From NCBI GenBank assembly GCA_043812935.1, contig JBDRLO010000076.1, positions 1 to 62,042 of the forward strand: a stretch of 62,042 nucleotides of DNA, in the 5' to 3' direction. Position 1 is the first letter of the stretch, and the number at the start of each line of letters is the position of its first letter. This DNA is from Candidatus Omnitrophota bacterium (GTDB lineage: Bacteria > Omnitrophota > Gorgyraeia > Tantalellales > Tantalellaceae). A program made the translations under genes and the position numbers. Positions 42,931 through 53,801 of this stretch are shown here, piece after piece. The notes below the pieces were generated by a model. The model searched no databases, was not told the DNA's origin, and saw nothing but the letters and a program-made list of their open reading frames with translations.

Positions 42931-43983
42931 ATGACGGATAAAACAAAAGTCAAAGTTTCGGAAAAGGATGTTTCACCAAAAGAAAATAAAGTTGATTCTG
43001 CAAAAAAGAAAGCGTTAGAATTTGCGCTAAACAAAATTGAAAAAGATTTTGGGCAAGGCGCTATTATGAAAATGGGAAAAGATTATAAAATTGAAGTAGA
43101 ATCAATTTCTACCGGGTCGATTGGATTAGATCTGGCATTAGGTATAAATGGAGTTCCCAGAGGAAGGATTGTTGAGATATTCGGACCGGAATCAAGCGGG
43201 AAAACTACGCTTACTTTGAGTATTCTTGCTAATGCCCAAAAAAATGGAGGAGAAGCGGCTTTTATTGACGCAGAACATGCGTTTGATCCTAATTATGCGA
43301 AAAAAATCGGAGTAAATCTTGATAACTTGCTTATTTCACAACCTGATAATGGCGAACAGGCTTTAGAAATAGCGGAAACACTTGTTCGGAGCAATGCTGT
43401 GGATGTTGTAGTTATTGATTCTGTTGCGGCGCTTACTCCCAGAAAAGAAATTGAAGGAGATATGGGTGATTCGCACGTAGGGCTTCAGGCAAGGCTTATG
43501 AGCCAGGCGCTTAGAAAGCTTACAGGTGCGATTAGCAGATCCAAGACATGTGTTATTTTTATTAATCAGATCAGGATGAAGATCGGCGTGATGTTCGGTA
43601 ATCCGGAAACTACGACGGGTGGTAACGCTCTTAAATTTTATTCTTCGGTTAGAATAGACCTCAGGCGTATAGCAACGCTGAAAAAAGGCGATACAATGAT
43701 TGGCAACCGCGTAAAAGCAAAAGTTGTTAAAAATAAAATGGCACCTCCGTTTAAACAGTCTGAGTTTGATATACTTTTTGATGAAGGAATTTCCCGGTCG
43801 TCCAGTATTATTGATATGGCGGAACAGGTCGGGGTTATAAAAAAGAGCGGAACATGGCTTTCTTTTGGTGATGAAAAAATAGGCCAGGGCAAGGAAAACG
43901 CCAGAATATTTCTTAATGAAAATGTAAAAATTCTGAATAAGATTGAACATGAAGTCAGAAAAGCTATAATTTCAAATGTTTGA
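42931..43983 (+). CDS. recA: Recombinase RecA
   Basis: [37 protein letters not shown]. Confidence 0.99.
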   Translation: MTDKTKVKVSEKDVSPKENKVDSAKKKALEFALNKIEKDFGQGAIMKMGKDYKIEVESISTGSIGLDLALGINGVPRGRIVEIFGPESSGKTTLTLSILANAQKNGGEAAFIDAEHAFDPNYAKKIGVNLDNLLISQPDNGEQALEIAETLVRSNAVDVVVIDSVAALTPRKEIEGDMGDSHVGLQARLMSQALRKLTGAISRSKTCVIFINQIRMKIGVMFGNPETTTGGNALKFYSSVRIDLRRIATLKKGDTMIGNRVKAKVVKNKMAPPFKQSEFDILFDEGISRSSSIIDMAEQVGVIKKSGTWLSFGDEKIGQGKENARIFLNENVKILNKIEHEVRKAIISNV

Positions 43984-44461
43984 TATAAAAATGAATGGTT
44001 TCGCGGTAAAATGCAGAAAATACGTTTTACGGTTAATAGCTTTACGTGCCAGGAGTGCGTGGGAGATAGAAAATCGTTTGAAAAAAGCCGGATATGATAA
44101 TAATGTCAGAATTAGTGTAATTACCGCTCTTAAACAGGAAAAATTTATTGATGATGTAAAATTTGCCAAGGAATGGGTTGATTCCAGGCTTCGGTTGAAT
44201 CCTCGTGCCGTTAATGTTATACGGGCAGAACTTGTTAGTAAAGGTGTTTCAGAAGATATTATTGAGCAGACGTTCCTGGATAAAAGCGAACAATTAGATG
44301 ATCATATAATAGCGCTAAGGTTGATAGAGAATAAATTTGGGTTTAAAAAAAAAGTTTCATTAGAAGAAAAGGGCAAAATTAAACTTTTCAGGTTTCTTTT
44401 GAGTAAAGGATTTGACGCGGAACTTGCGGAAGAGGTCATACAAGAAAAATTCCGAGAGTAG
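43976..44461 (+). CDS. recX: Regulatory protein RecX
   Basis: [24 protein letters not shown]; overlaps the recA end. Confidence 0.88.
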   Translation: MFDIKMNGFAVKCRKYVLRLIALRARSAWEIENRLKKAGYDNNVRISVITALKQEKFIDDVKFAKEWVDSRLRLNPRAVNVIRAELVSKGVSEDIIEQTFLDKSEQLDDHIIALRLIENKFGFKKKVSLEEKGKIKLFRFLLSKGFDAELAEEVIQEKFRE

Positions 44462-44481
44462 GGGACAGGCATGCCTGTCCC
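44458..44481 (+). repeat. REP type A variant overlapping the recX stop
   Basis: gTAGgggacaggcatgcctgtccc; reverse heptamers follow at about 44505-44533. Confidence 0.75.
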
Positions 44482-44562
44482 GGGTATACGTTTTATCCGG
44501 TAGCGAGTGAAAAGTGAAACGTGTTACGTGAAAATTGTAATGCATAACAAATGATCAATATT

Positions 44563-47289
44563 ATGAAATCATACGAAATAAGAAAAAGATTTTTAGAATT
44601 TTTTAAACAAAAAGGCCATACCATAGTTGAAAGTGATTTACTTGTCCCAAAGGATGACCCCACGTTGCTTTTTACCGGCGCGGGGATGAACCAATTTAAA
44701 GAACAGTTTATGGGGAAAAATATAGTTTTTACACGCGCGGCAAGCTGTCAAAAATGCTTACGTACGGGAGATTTGGAAAATGTCGGGAAGACGCCTCGGC
44801 ATCATACGTTTTTTGAAATGCTGGGAAATTTTTCTTTTGGAGATTATTTTAAAAAAGAAGCTATTTTTTTGGCATGGGAATTTATGACAAAAGAAATGAA
44901 AATTCCGGAACATCGATTATGGGTGTCGGTTTATAAAGATGACGAAGAGTCGTATTCCATATGGCGCGACGATGTAAAGGTTCCCGTGAAAAGAATAGTA
45001 AAGCTTGGCGCGAAAGATAATTTTTGGCCGGCTGATGCGCCGGCTAAGGGCCCGAATGGGCCTTGCGGGCCATGTTCTGAAATTTTTTATGACTGGGGAG
45101 AAAATACCGGATGCGGGAAAGAGGATTGTAATCCTGCTTGTGATTGCGGAAGGTTTGTTGAAGTTTGGAATCTTGTGTTTACTGAGTTTGAAAGAAAACC
45201 GGACGGCGGGCTTATTCCTCTGCCAAATAAAAATATTGATACAGGTATGGGATTAGAACGCATGGCGTCAGTAATGCAGAACGTAAAAACCAATTTTGAA
45301 ACAGATTTATTTCAGCCGATGCTTGATGATATTGTGAAAGAGTTTAAGAAAAACGGAGATACTGTTTCTTTTGAAAATGTATGTCTTATAGCGGATCATA
45401 TCCGTGCGGCGGTTTTTGCGATAGTGGAAGGGGTATCTCCTTCTAATGAAAAACGGGGATATGTTGTAAGAAAGCTGATCAGAAGGTCTTATCTGAGAAG
45501 TCCGAGGAAGGGCCCGTTTTTGTATAATCTTGTTCCGAAAGTTGTAAGCCTTATGAAGGAAATATATCCTGAAATTTATGACAGCCGTGAACATATTAGC
45601 GCTATTATCAAAGAAGAGGAAGAACGGTTTAGTGAAACTTTAAATTCAGTTTTGCCTATGTTCAGGGATATGATTGAACAAGGAAAAGGCAGATTGGATG
45701 GGAAATCCATATTTAAGCTGGTTGACACTTATGGGTTACCGCTTGACGTAATAAAAGAAGAAGCGGAAAGAGAGAAAATAGCTCTTGATATTGAAGAATT
45801 TGAAAAGTTAATGTGCCGTCGGAAGGAAGAATCACGTAAAGGCAGTGATATTGCTTGCGAGTTTATTTTTAAACCGGATCAGTTTGCGGAAGCACCGAAT
45901 CCGGAATATTCTGACAAACTTCCGCTTGAAGCGCGGATTGAGTTTATCCTGAAAGAAGATAAAATTTCAGATGAAATATGCGAGGGTGAATGTGCTGAAA
46001 TCGTTACCAGCCCGCAAAGCGGTAATTTTTATTCAGAATCCGGTGGACAGGTCGGAGATACAGGTGTTATAACCAAACCGGGTGCGGTTATGAACATCAT
46101 GAATACTTTTGAAACCAATGGCCGGAAAATATTTGGAGTTATAGCGGTAAAAGGCAGTTTTAAAAAAAATGAGAAAATAGAAATTTCGCTTAATTCTGAA
46201 AAAAAACAAAATACGGCTAAGAACCATACCGCGACACATTTACTACAGGCCGCGCTTCGGAATGTTTTAGGAGAACACATAAAACAGTCCGGATCATATG
46301 TGGATGACAAAAGGTTAAGGTTTGATTTTACGCATATGAAAAAGCTGACAGAACGGGAATTAACAAAAATTGAGTATATGGTCAACAGTTGGATAGAAGA
46401 AGCTGTTCCTGTATCAAAAAAATCAAAAGCGTTAAAAGATGCCAGGGATGAAGGAGCTCTTTCTTTTTTTGGAGAAAAATATGGAGATATTGTAAGGGTT
46501 GTTACGATCGGGGATAAATCCAAAGAGCTGTGCGGCGGTACGCATGTTGATAACATCAAAGATATAGGCATAATAAAAATTGTTTCAGAAAGTTCGGTTG
46601 CAAGCGGCATACGGCGGATTGAAGCTTTAACTGACGTAAACGCAGAACATTGGATAAAGGAAAAACTTAGGACATATCATAGTAAAGTTGGATTTAAAGA
46701 TGCTTTTGTGAATAGCCAATTTGATATAGCGCTTTATTCGTATGCTTTAAAAATAATGGAAGAAAATATCAAAATAGATAAAGATGTTGTCCGTGATTTT
46801 GAAGAAAAAATTATACCTGTTTTTAAAAATGCCGTGGAAGATCTGGAAAAGGCGGCAAAAAAAAAGCAAAAGGAAAAAGAATCCGATGGTTTAAATGATG
46901 CAATAAAAACCGCGGATTTGATTGTTAAGACATCTGTTAAGTTCGGCAGGATTGAGTTTTTTTCAGGTATTATTGAGAATATTGGGATGCAGGTTCTTAG
47001 GAAAACTATCTCTTATCTTGAACGAAAATTAAGTCCGGATCAAAATACAGAAAAAATAGTTGTTGTTTTGTTCGGAGCAACTGATAATGACCAGGCGTTT
47101 TTAATCGGTACATCTTCTAATCCTACCGTTAATGCGGCGGAGATGATAAAAAAAGCGGCGGAACATATTGACGGAAAAGGCGGAGGAAAACCTGTGTTTG
47201 CTCAGGCGGGTGGCAGTAATCCGGCAGGTCTTCAAAATGCGCTTAAAACGGCGGCAGAGTTTCTGCGGGAAACAGGAGGAAAGGTTTAA
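44563..47289 (+). CDS. alaS: Alanine--tRNA ligase
   Basis: LLFTGAGMNQFK, HHTFFEMLGNFSFGDYFK, HTATHLL, ELCGGTH, GGGKPVFAQAGG; alternative ATG at 44551. Confidence 0.97.
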   Translation: MKSYEIRKRFLEFFKQKGHTIVESDLLVPKDDPTLLFTGAGMNQFKEQFMGKNIVFTRAASCQKCLRTGDLENVGKTPRHHTFFEMLGNFSFGDYFKKEAIFLAWEFMTKEMKIPEHRLWVSVYKDDEESYSIWRDDVKVPVKRIVKLGAKDNFWPADAPAKGPNGPCGPCSEIFYDWGENTGCGKEDCNPACDCGRFVEVWNLVFTEFERKPDGGLIPLPNKNIDTGMGLERMASVMQNVKTNFETDLFQPMLDDIVKEFKKNGDTVSFENVCLIADHIRAAVFAIVEGVSPSNEKRGYVVRKLIRRSYLRSPRKGPFLYNLVPKVVSLMKEIYPEIYDSREHISAIIKEEEERFSETLNSVLPMFRDMIEQGKGRLDGKSIFKLVDTYGLPLDVIKEEAEREKIALDIEEFEKLMCRRKEESRKGSDIACEFIFKPDQFAEAPNPEYSDKLPLEARIEFILKEDKISDEICEGECAEIVTSPQSGNFYSESGGQVGDTGVITKPGAVMNIMNTFETNGRKIFGVIAVKGSFKKNEKIEISLNSEKKQNTAKNHTATHLLQAALRNVLGEHIKQSGSYVDDKRLRFDFTHMKKLTERELTKIEYMVNSWIEEAVPVSKKSKALKDARDEGALSFFGEKYGDIVRVVTIGDKSKELCGGTHVDNIKDIGIIKIVSESSVASGIRRIEALTDVNAEHWIKEKLRTYHSKVGFKDAFVNSQFDIALYSYALKIMEENIKIDKDVVRDFEEKIIPVFKNAVEDLEKAAKKKQKEKESDGLNDAIKTADLIVKTSVKFGRIEFFSGIIENIGMQVLRKTISYLERKLSPDQNTEKIVVVLFGATDNDQAFLIGTSSNPTVNAAEMIKKAAEHIDGKGGGKPVFAQAGGSNPAGLQNALKTAAEFLRETGGKV

Positions 47290-47290
47290 T

Positions 47291-48514
47291 ATGCGAGCTA
47301 TAAAAATAAACAGTAAAATTTTTAGTAATTTAGTTAATAGATATGATATCGGAAGAGCTCGCCTACAGAAGAAGGTATCCAGAATAATTGATGATGTGCG
47401 TGTCGATGGCGATAAAGCGCTGCTTAGGTATACAAAAAAATTTGATAAAATTGATATTCCTCGGAAAGACTTGCTTGTTACTGAAGCTGAAATCAGCGGA
47501 GCGTATCAGGATATAAAACCTGAGATAGTTAATACTTTAAAAGAAATAATTAGGAATATAAATAAATTCTATACGAATCAGATGCCGAAATCCTGGTCTA
47601 TAAAACAGGAATCCGGCATTGAGCTTGGAGAAAAATTTGTGCCTATCGAAAGAGTCGGCGTGTATGTCCCGAGTGGAACCGTTCCTTTAGTGTCAAGCGT
47701 GTATATGACGGTTCTTCCTGCTAAAATTGCGGGAGTAAAAAAAATAGTAATGGTTTCTCCTCCAAATAAATATAAAAGTATAGATCCATATATTTTAGTG
47801 GTTGCGAACCTTCTTAAGGTGGATGAAATATATAAAATTGGCGGGGCGCAGGCAATTGCGGCGCTTGCTTTCGGCACCAAAACCGTGTCAAAAGTGGATA
47901 AAATTGTCGGTCCGGGGAATGAGTATGTAACGGAAGCTAAACGCCAGGTTTTTGGGTATTGTGATATAGATATGCTGGCAGGTCCGAGTGAAGTTCTTAT
48001 TATAGCCAACCGGTATGCGAATGTGGATTATTTGAAACGAGATCTTATGGCACAGGCCGAACATCATAAAGGTTTAGCAATACTTGTTACGCCGTCACGG
48101 AGAATTTTTAACGCTTTGCGTAAAGATTCTGATACGCGGGGTTATATTATCAAAGTTAAAAATTTGGAAGAAGCCGCGGATATATCAAACATGATTGCTC
48201 CGGAGCATCTCCAGCTTATGGTTAAATCGCCTAAACGAGTGTTAAAAAATATTACAAACGCAGGCGCGGTTTTTCTTGGACAGTATTCTCCTGTGGCGAT
48301 AGGAGATTATATTGCCGGTCCGAGCCATGTTTTGCCTACTGGAGGAACCGCAAAATATTCTTCCGGGCTTAATTTGAGAAGTTTCATCAAAAGTTCCCAT
48401 ATTATTTCGTATTCCCGGAAGGCTCTTAATAGTTCCGCGGGATGGGTGAAAGAAATCGCAGAACTTGAAAAACTTGAAAACCACTGGCAATCAGTTAGGC
48501 AAAGATGTGAATAG
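47291..48514 (+). CDS. hisD: Histidinol dehydrogenase
   Basis: [42 protein letters not shown]; start at ATG 47291 after the alaS stop. Confidence 0.94.
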   Translation: MRAIKINSKIFSNLVNRYDIGRARLQKKVSRIIDDVRVDGDKALLRYTKKFDKIDIPRKDLLVTEAEISGAYQDIKPEIVNTLKEIIRNINKFYTNQMPKSWSIKQESGIELGEKFVPIERVGVYVPSGTVPLVSSVYMTVLPAKIAGVKKIVMVSPPNKYKSIDPYILVVANLLKVDEIYKIGGAQAIAALAFGTKTVSKVDKIVGPGNEYVTEAKRQVFGYCDIDMLAGPSEVLIIANRYANVDYLKRDLMAQAEHHKGLAILVTPSRRIFNALRKDSDTRGYIIKVKNLEEAADISNMIAPEHLQLMVKSPKRVLKNITNAGAVFLGQYSPVAIGDYIAGPSHVLPTGGTAKYSSGLNLRSFIKSSHIISYSRKALNSSAGWVKEIAELEKLENHWQSVRQRCE

Positions 48515-48571
48515 TTGGTTGACCGGTTGTCCGGTTAGCCAGTTATCCGGTTAATCAGTAAGGGAGGAATA

Positions 48572-49204
48572 ATGGGGATATTTTCCGGAAAAGGGAAAGA
48601 AAAAATCAGACAGGTGAAATACGAAAGAAAATCTAAAGAAACGCAGATAGAAATACCTGTTTTAAATATTGACGGTACGGGAAAAAGCAAAATATCAACT
48701 TCGATCGGGTTTTTGGATCATATGCTTACTTTGTTTGCCTATCATGGATATTTTGATATAGAACTTCGCGCTAAAGGTGATACACATGTTGATAACCATC
48801 ATCTTAACGAGGACATAGGTCTTGCGCTTGGTGAAGCGTTTAAAAAAGCTTTAGGTGATTGCCGCGGCATAATAAGAACTGCTTCAGCGGAAGTTCCCAT
48901 GGACATGGCAAGTGCTAAAGTTTTGATAGATCTTTCAAACCGTCCGGCGTTTAGCTTTAAAATAATAAAAGTTCCAGCTGAAATCAGGGATGAAGAAAAT
49001 TATTCAATGCATTATGCTAAAGATTTTCTGGATAGTTTTGCTAAAAAACTTTGCATTAATTTACATATTGAGATAAATGGTGAAGGTGATATGCATCACT
49101 TTTTAGAAGCAGTGTTTAAGGCATTAGGGATAGCTCTTGATAAAGCGACATCTGTTGACGTGCGCAGATCGGATGAAGTGCCGTCAAGTAAGGGAATTCT
49201 GTAA
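48572..49204 (+). CDS. hisB: Imidazoleglycerol-phosphate dehydratase
   Basis: GFLDHML, DNHHLNED, HHFLEAVFKA. Confidence 0.94.
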   Translation: MGIFSGKGKEKIRQVKYERKSKETQIEIPVLNIDGTGKSKISTSIGFLDHMLTLFAYHGYFDIELRAKGDTHVDNHHLNEDIGLALGEAFKKALGDCRGIIRTASAEVPMDMASAKVLIDLSNRPAFSFKIIKVPAEIRDEENYSMHYAKDFLDSFAKKLCINLHIEINGEGDMHHFLEAVFKALGIALDKATSVDVRRSDEVPSSKGIL

Positions 49205-49355
49205 TTGGTTGGCCGGTTGGTCAGTTAGCTGGTTTGCCAGAGTAGGGACAGGGCTTGCCCCTGTTCGTAATAAAATGGTAGGGACAGGCCCCCGTGCCTG
49301 TCCGGTACATTAATGTGTAACCTGCAACGTGCAACGTGAAACGTGTAATGTGAAG
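49204..49355. repeat. Ordered composite: octamers, two REP type A, reverse heptamers
   Basis: ttggccggttgg... (49204-49236); gtagggacagggcttgcccctgttcgt (49242); gtagggacaggcccccgtgcctgtccggt (49278); aacctgc-aacgtgc-aacgtga-aacgtgt (about 49319-49347). Confidence 0.85.
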
Positions 49356-49421
49356 GGGTCTGAACGGTAGAGAATATTTTTACTGTAAAGAGTATTGTGT
49401 AAGGGAGCTAAAAATAACATT

Positions 49422-50030
49422 ATGATTGGTATAATAGATTACGGTGCGGGGAATTTAAGAAGTGTTTATAATGCTTTTCAGTATTTAGGACAGAAGGTTT
49501 GTGTGTGTACGAAACCTGAAGAGTTAGACAGCGTTGATAAAATTGTATTGCCTGGCGTGGGAGCTTCTAAAGAAGCGATGCAGTGCTTAAGACAAAATGG
49601 GTTTATAGAACCTCTTTTAAGAAACATAAAAAAAGGTAAAGATTTTTTAGGTATATGCCTGGGGCTTCAGCTTTTGTTTAACCGCAGTTTTGAATTCGGA
49701 GATAACGAATGTTTGGGGCTTATTAACGGCGAGGTTAAGCTTTTTAGCCCTGAAAATGGTTTAAAAGTTCCGCAGATGGGATGGAATACTGTAAAGTTTA
49801 GTGGTGCAGATTGTCCTGTTTTTAACGGGATAAAAGATAACAGTTATTTTTATTTTGTTCATTCGTATTATTGTGACAACAATGAACCTGAATTTACGTC
49901 GGGTGAAACAGAATATGGAATTGTTTATACTTCCGCGATTTGGAAAAAAAATATTTACGCAGTACAATTTCATCCTGAAAGATCACAGGAGAACGGATTA
50001 AAAATTTTAACCAATTTTGGGGGATTATGA
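49422..50030 (+). CDS. hisH: Imidazole glycerol phosphate synthase glutaminase subunit
   Basis: IDYGAGN, LPGVG, GICLG, YFVHSY, QFHPE. Confidence 0.95.
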   Translation: MIGIIDYGAGNLRSVYNAFQYLGQKVCVCTKPEELDSVDKIVLPGVGASKEAMQCLRQNGFIEPLLRNIKKGKDFLGICLGLQLLFNRSFEFGDNECLGLINGEVKLFSPENGLKVPQMGWNTVKFSGADCPVFNGIKDNSYFYFVHSYYCDNNEPEFTSGETEYGIVYTSAIWKKNIYAVQFHPERSQENGLKILTNFGGL

Positions 50031-50767
50031 GAATAATACCGGCTATTGATTTAATTGAAGGCAAAACCGTGCGGCTAGAGCAGGGAAAATATGATTGTAA
50101 GTTAAATTATGATATTGATCCTGTCGATGCTGCCCGTAAATGGGAATCTATGGGGGCAAAACTTATACATGTTGTTGATTTAGACGGCGCAAAAGAAGGA
50201 CATCCGGTAAATATTTCAGTTATCGAAAAAATAGCTAAGGCAGTTAAAGTTCCCGTTGAAGCCGGAGGCGGATTTCGTACAAAGGAAAATATTCAGCAGG
50301 TTTTAGATAAAGGCGTATGGCGTGTAATTATAGGGTCGCGGGCTTTTGAGGATATGAGTTTTGCGAGAGATTGTGTAAAAACTTTTGGTGAAAAAATAAT
50401 TTTCAGCATGGATGTTAAAGAATTAAGGCCAAGTGTTCATGGATGGGAAAAAACAGTAGATTTGGATATTTCAGTTATTTTAGATTTTTTTGTTAATTTA
50501 GGCGTTCAGGAAATTATATATACGGACATTAAAAAGGATGGTATGCTTTCCGGGCCGAGTATTGATAATCTTGAAAAAATTTTAAAAAAAGCAAAGATTA
50601 AAATTATATCCGCCGGCGGCATAAAAACAATTGAACATGTAAAAATGCTTAAAAAACTGGAAAAAGACGGTATTTCGGGTGTAATAATCGGGCGAGCGCT
50701 TTATGAGGGCACAATAAATCTTAAGGAGGCAGTTGATGTTGGCGAAGCGGATAATTCCGTGTCTTGA
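50027..50767 (+). CDS. hisA: ProFAR isomerase
   Basis: [39 protein letters not shown]. Confidence 0.95.
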   Translation: MRIIPAIDLIEGKTVRLEQGKYDCKLNYDIDPVDAARKWESMGAKLIHVVDLDGAKEGHPVNISVIEKIAKAVKVPVEAGGGFRTKENIQQVLDKGVWRVIIGSRAFEDMSFARDCVKTFGEKIIFSMDVKELRPSVHGWEKTVDLDISVILDFFVNLGVQEIIYTDIKKDGMLSGPSIDNLEKILKKAKIKIISAGGIKTIEHVKMLKKLEKDGISGVIIGRALYEGTINLKEAVDVGEADNSVS

Positions 50768-51500
50768 TGTTAAAGACGGGCGCGTGGTAAAAGGAGTTAA
50801 TTTTGTTAATTTACGCGATGCCGGCGATCCTGTGGAAAACGCTAAGATTTATAATGACGAAGGCGCTGATGAACTGGTTTTTTTAGATATAACAGCCAGT
50901 TATGAAAAACGCAAAACAATGGTGGATGTTGTAAGGAAAGTTGCTAAAAAAGTTTTTATGCCTTTTACTGTGGGCGGGGGTATTTATTCAAAAGAAGATA
51001 TCCGGGAACTTTTGAATGCCGGTTGTGACAAGATATCAATAAACACAGCAGCTGTTTTACGGCCGGATTTTATTAAAGAAGCAAGCGATAAGTTCGGCCG
51101 GCAATGTATTGTTGTGGCTATTGATGCTAAAAAAAAGGGTGCGGATTCATGGGAAGTGTATATAAAAGGCGGCCGGGAATCTGTAGGGCTTGATGCGGTA
51201 AGTTGGGCGAAGCAGGTGGAAGAGCTTGGTGCTGGTGAAATTCTTCTGACAAGCATGGATGCTGACGGTACGAAACATGGGTACGATATAGATTTGACCC
51301 GGGCTATTAGCGAAGCTGTAAATATTCCGGTGATTGCATCCGGCGGGTGCGGGATCCCGGAACATTTTTATGAAGCATTTGAAAAAGGTAAAGCGGATGC
51401 GGCGCTTGCGGCATCAGTTTTTCATTTTAAAGAATTTACAATAGGCGAAGTCAAAGATTATCTTAAACGGAAGAACATAGCTGTACGTGTAACTGATTAG
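50736..51500 (+). CDS. hisF: Imidazole glycerol phosphate synthase cyclase subunit
   Basis: [40 protein letters not shown]; RBS aaggagg before ATG 50736; overlaps the hisA end. Confidence 0.96.
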   Translation: MLAKRIIPCLDVKDGRVVKGVNFVNLRDAGDPVENAKIYNDEGADELVFLDITASYEKRKTMVDVVRKVAKKVFMPFTVGGGIYSKEDIRELLNAGCDKISINTAAVLRPDFIKEASDKFGRQCIVVAIDAKKKGADSWEVYIKGGRESVGLDAVSWAKQVEELGAGEILLTSMDADGTKHGYDIDLTRAISEAVNIPVIASGGCGIPEHFYEAFEKGKADAALAASVFHFKEFTIGEVKDYLKRKNIAVRVTD

Positions 51501-51557
51501 CCAGTGTGCCGGTTATCCAGTTAACCGATTTGTCGGGAACAGGCATGCCTGTTCCGT
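51497..51557 (+). repeat. Octamers plus REP type A variant
   Basis: ttagccagtgtgccggttatccagttaaccgatt, then gtcgggaacaggcatgcctgttccgt; reverse heptamers at about 51655-51704. Confidence 0.7.
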
Positions 51558-51717
51558 TATGGCCCGGACAGTTTAGAATTAACGCAGTACATAATATGTT
51601 TTCGCTCTTCTTTATAGGAGCGGATTATGATGAAGGGGATGCTTTTAGCTTGAGACGTGCTGCGTGCAACTTGTTACGTGAAACGTGTATGCGTGTAGCG
51701 TAACTAGAAAGGTTATT

Positions 51718-52098
51718 ATGGATTTTATTGATAAATTAAATTTTGATGAAAAAGGCCTGATCCCCGCGATTATACAGGACGAAAAATCAGGACACGTTTT
51801 AACTCTTTGTTATATGAATAAAGAGGCTTTGGAGAAAACTATTAAAGAAAAAAAGATTTATGTGTTTCGGCGGTCAAAAGGCCGAATAATGATAAAAGGC
51901 GAAAGTTCTGGATGCGTACAGTTTGTAAAAAAAATGTACATAGATTGCGCGGAAAATTCCGTTCTTTTTAAAGTAGAACAAACTCGTGCGGCATGCCATG
52001 AAGGATATTTTAGTTGTTATTTTAGGGAAATAGATGATAGCGGCAAGGTTGTTATTAATGAACAACGTGTATTTGATCCGAAAGAAGTGTATAAATAG
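51718..52098 (+). CDS. hisI: Phosphoribosyl-AMP cyclohydrolase
   Basis: GLIPAIIQD, KGESSG, DCAEN, ACHEGYFSC. Confidence 0.88.
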   Translation: MDFIDKLNFDEKGLIPAIIQDEKSGHVLTLCYMNKEALEKTIKEKKIYVFRRSKGRIMIKGESSGCVQFVKKMYIDCAENSVLFKVEQTRAACHEGYFSCYFREIDDSGKVVINEQRVFDPKEVYK

Positions 52099-52196
52099 TT
52101 GGCCGGTTAACCTGTTAGCCGGTTAGCCAGTTTGTAGGAAACAGGCCTGTACCCGTTGGGATGCATGTCTGTTCCCTAATTTGGTTGAGTAAAACT

Positions 52197-52277
52197 GTTT
52201 GGTTCGTATGTTCGGCTTAAACAGGGCCTCGGCCGCCAGAGGCGTCCTGCGGAACTCGCCTGACATCTGAACCAAAC
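52197..52277. other. Rod-like ~80-nt hairpin in the trpE leader
   Basis: gtttggttc/gaaccaaac 9-bp closing stem, atgt/acat, cagg/cctg, cctc/gagg. Confidence 0.55.
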
Positions 52278-52326
52278 GTCTTTTGCAGGAAGCCGGTATG
52301 GTTGATTGAAACGTAGTGGAGAATTT

Positions 52327-53801
52327 ATGTATTATCCGAGTAAAAAAGAGTTTGTAAAACTTGCAAAAAAGGGAAATGTGATACCTGTCTACAGTGAAAT
52401 GCTGGACGATTTTGGTACACCGCTTTCTGTTTTTTTAGCAGTTGATGAAGGCGATTTTTCGTATCTGCTTGAATCCGTAGAAGGCGGAGAACATATGGCA
52501 AGGTTTTCTTTTTTGGGAAGCACTCCGTCTTTAGTCCTTGCAAGCAGAGGAAATACTATTAGTATTACAGAAGGCGTAAAAAAGAAAACCTATAAGACTA
52601 AAACAAATCCGATAGATGAGATAAAAAAGCTAATGGAAGAGTTTCGTTTTGTGCAGTTGGACGGGCTCCCGCGTTTTTGCGGCGGATTAGTCGGCTACAT
52701 GGGGTATGATATGGTTAGGCATATTGAAAACATTCCTGATAAGAACCCTTCAGACTTTGATATGCCGGATATGCAGTTTGTTCTTACGGATACTATTCTT
52801 ATTTTTGATCATGTGGAACATCGAATTAAGGTTGTTTCAAATGCCGTGGTAAAAGGTGATCCTGAAAAAGCTTATAATAACGCGTGTAAGAAGATTGATA
52901 AGATAGTAAGCAGGCTTAAGAACTCCAAAATTAAAATTACGGGGACAAAAAAACAGGCAAGCAAATGCCGTTTAAAGTCAAATTTTTCAAAAGAAAAGTT
53001 TTGTGCAATAGTAAAAAAGGCAAAATCATATATTCGAGCAGGTGAAGTTATTCAGCTTGTTCTTTCGCAGCGGATTGAGAGAGAAACAAAGGTAGACCCC
53101 TTTTCAATATACAGAGCGCTGAGATCCATAAATCCTTCACCTTATATGTATTATTTAAAACTTGGGAATTATAGAATAATAGGGTCTTCTCCTGAGATTC
53201 TTGTCAGATGTGAAAATAGTGTTGTTGAAGTGCGTCCGATTGCCGGAACCAGACCTCGCGGTAAAGACGAAAACGAAGATGTGAAGTTGGAAAAAGAGCT
53301 ATTGGCTGATCCCAAAGAAAAAGCTGAACATATAATGCTGGTTGATTTGGGACGCAATGATATCGGAAGGGTATGTGAATATTCGAGTGTTAAAGTGAAA
53401 GAGCTAATGTGTATTGAACGGTATTCGCATGTAATGCATATAGTTAGCGATGTTGAAGGGCGTTTGCGGAAAAACAAAGATATCTATGATTTAATTAAAG
53501 CCGTGTTTCCAGCCGGGACCGTGACCGGAGCTCCTAAGGTTAGGGCTATGCAGCTTATTGATAATCTGGAAAACGTACGCCGGGGTCCTTATGCAGGGTG
53601 TGTGGGATATATAAGTTTTTCAGGAAATGCGGATATGTGTATAACCATACGGACGATAGTTATGAAAGGCAGCACAGTTTTTATACAGGCGGGTGCGGGA
53701 ATTGTGCTGGATTCAAATCCTAAAAAGAGTATGAGGAAACTCTGAATAAAGCTAGGGCAATGATCAAAGCTGTTGAATTTGCGGAGAAGGGGCTGGAATG
53801 A
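52327..53801 (+). CDS. trpE: Anthranilate synthase component I, with an apparent 1-base deletion at 53722-53726
   Basis: LLESVEG, NPSPY, PIAGTRPRG, EHIMLVDLGRND, GTVTGAPK, QAGAGIV. Frame 0 stops at 53745; the -1 frame continues EYEETLNKARAMIKAVEFAEKGLE to TGA 53799-53801. Confidence 0.92.

Noticed and set aside
43363-43950. 195-aa minus-strand ORF
   Set aside because: Antisense to recA with no recognisable motif; shadow ORF
46029-46610. 193-aa minus-strand ORF
   Set aside because: Antisense to alaS; shadow ORF
47168-47290. N-terminal extension of HisD in the ORF track
   Set aside because: Overlaps the alaS 3' end; ATG 47291 directly after the alaS stop gives a normal start
50736-50767. 32-nt hisA/hisF overlap
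   Set aside because: Has a clear RBS; ordinary translational coupling
51506-51703. 65-aa minus-strand ORF between hisF and hisI
   Set aside because: Made largely of octamer, REP and heptamer sequence
47291-52098. Absence of hisG, hisC and hisE from the his cluster
   Set aside because: Split his operons are common; cannot be judged from one window
52099-52326. Classical trp attenuator, TRAP site or T-box
   Set aside because: No leader peptide with Trp codons, no (G/U)AG repeat run, no T-box consensus or U-tailed terminator seen
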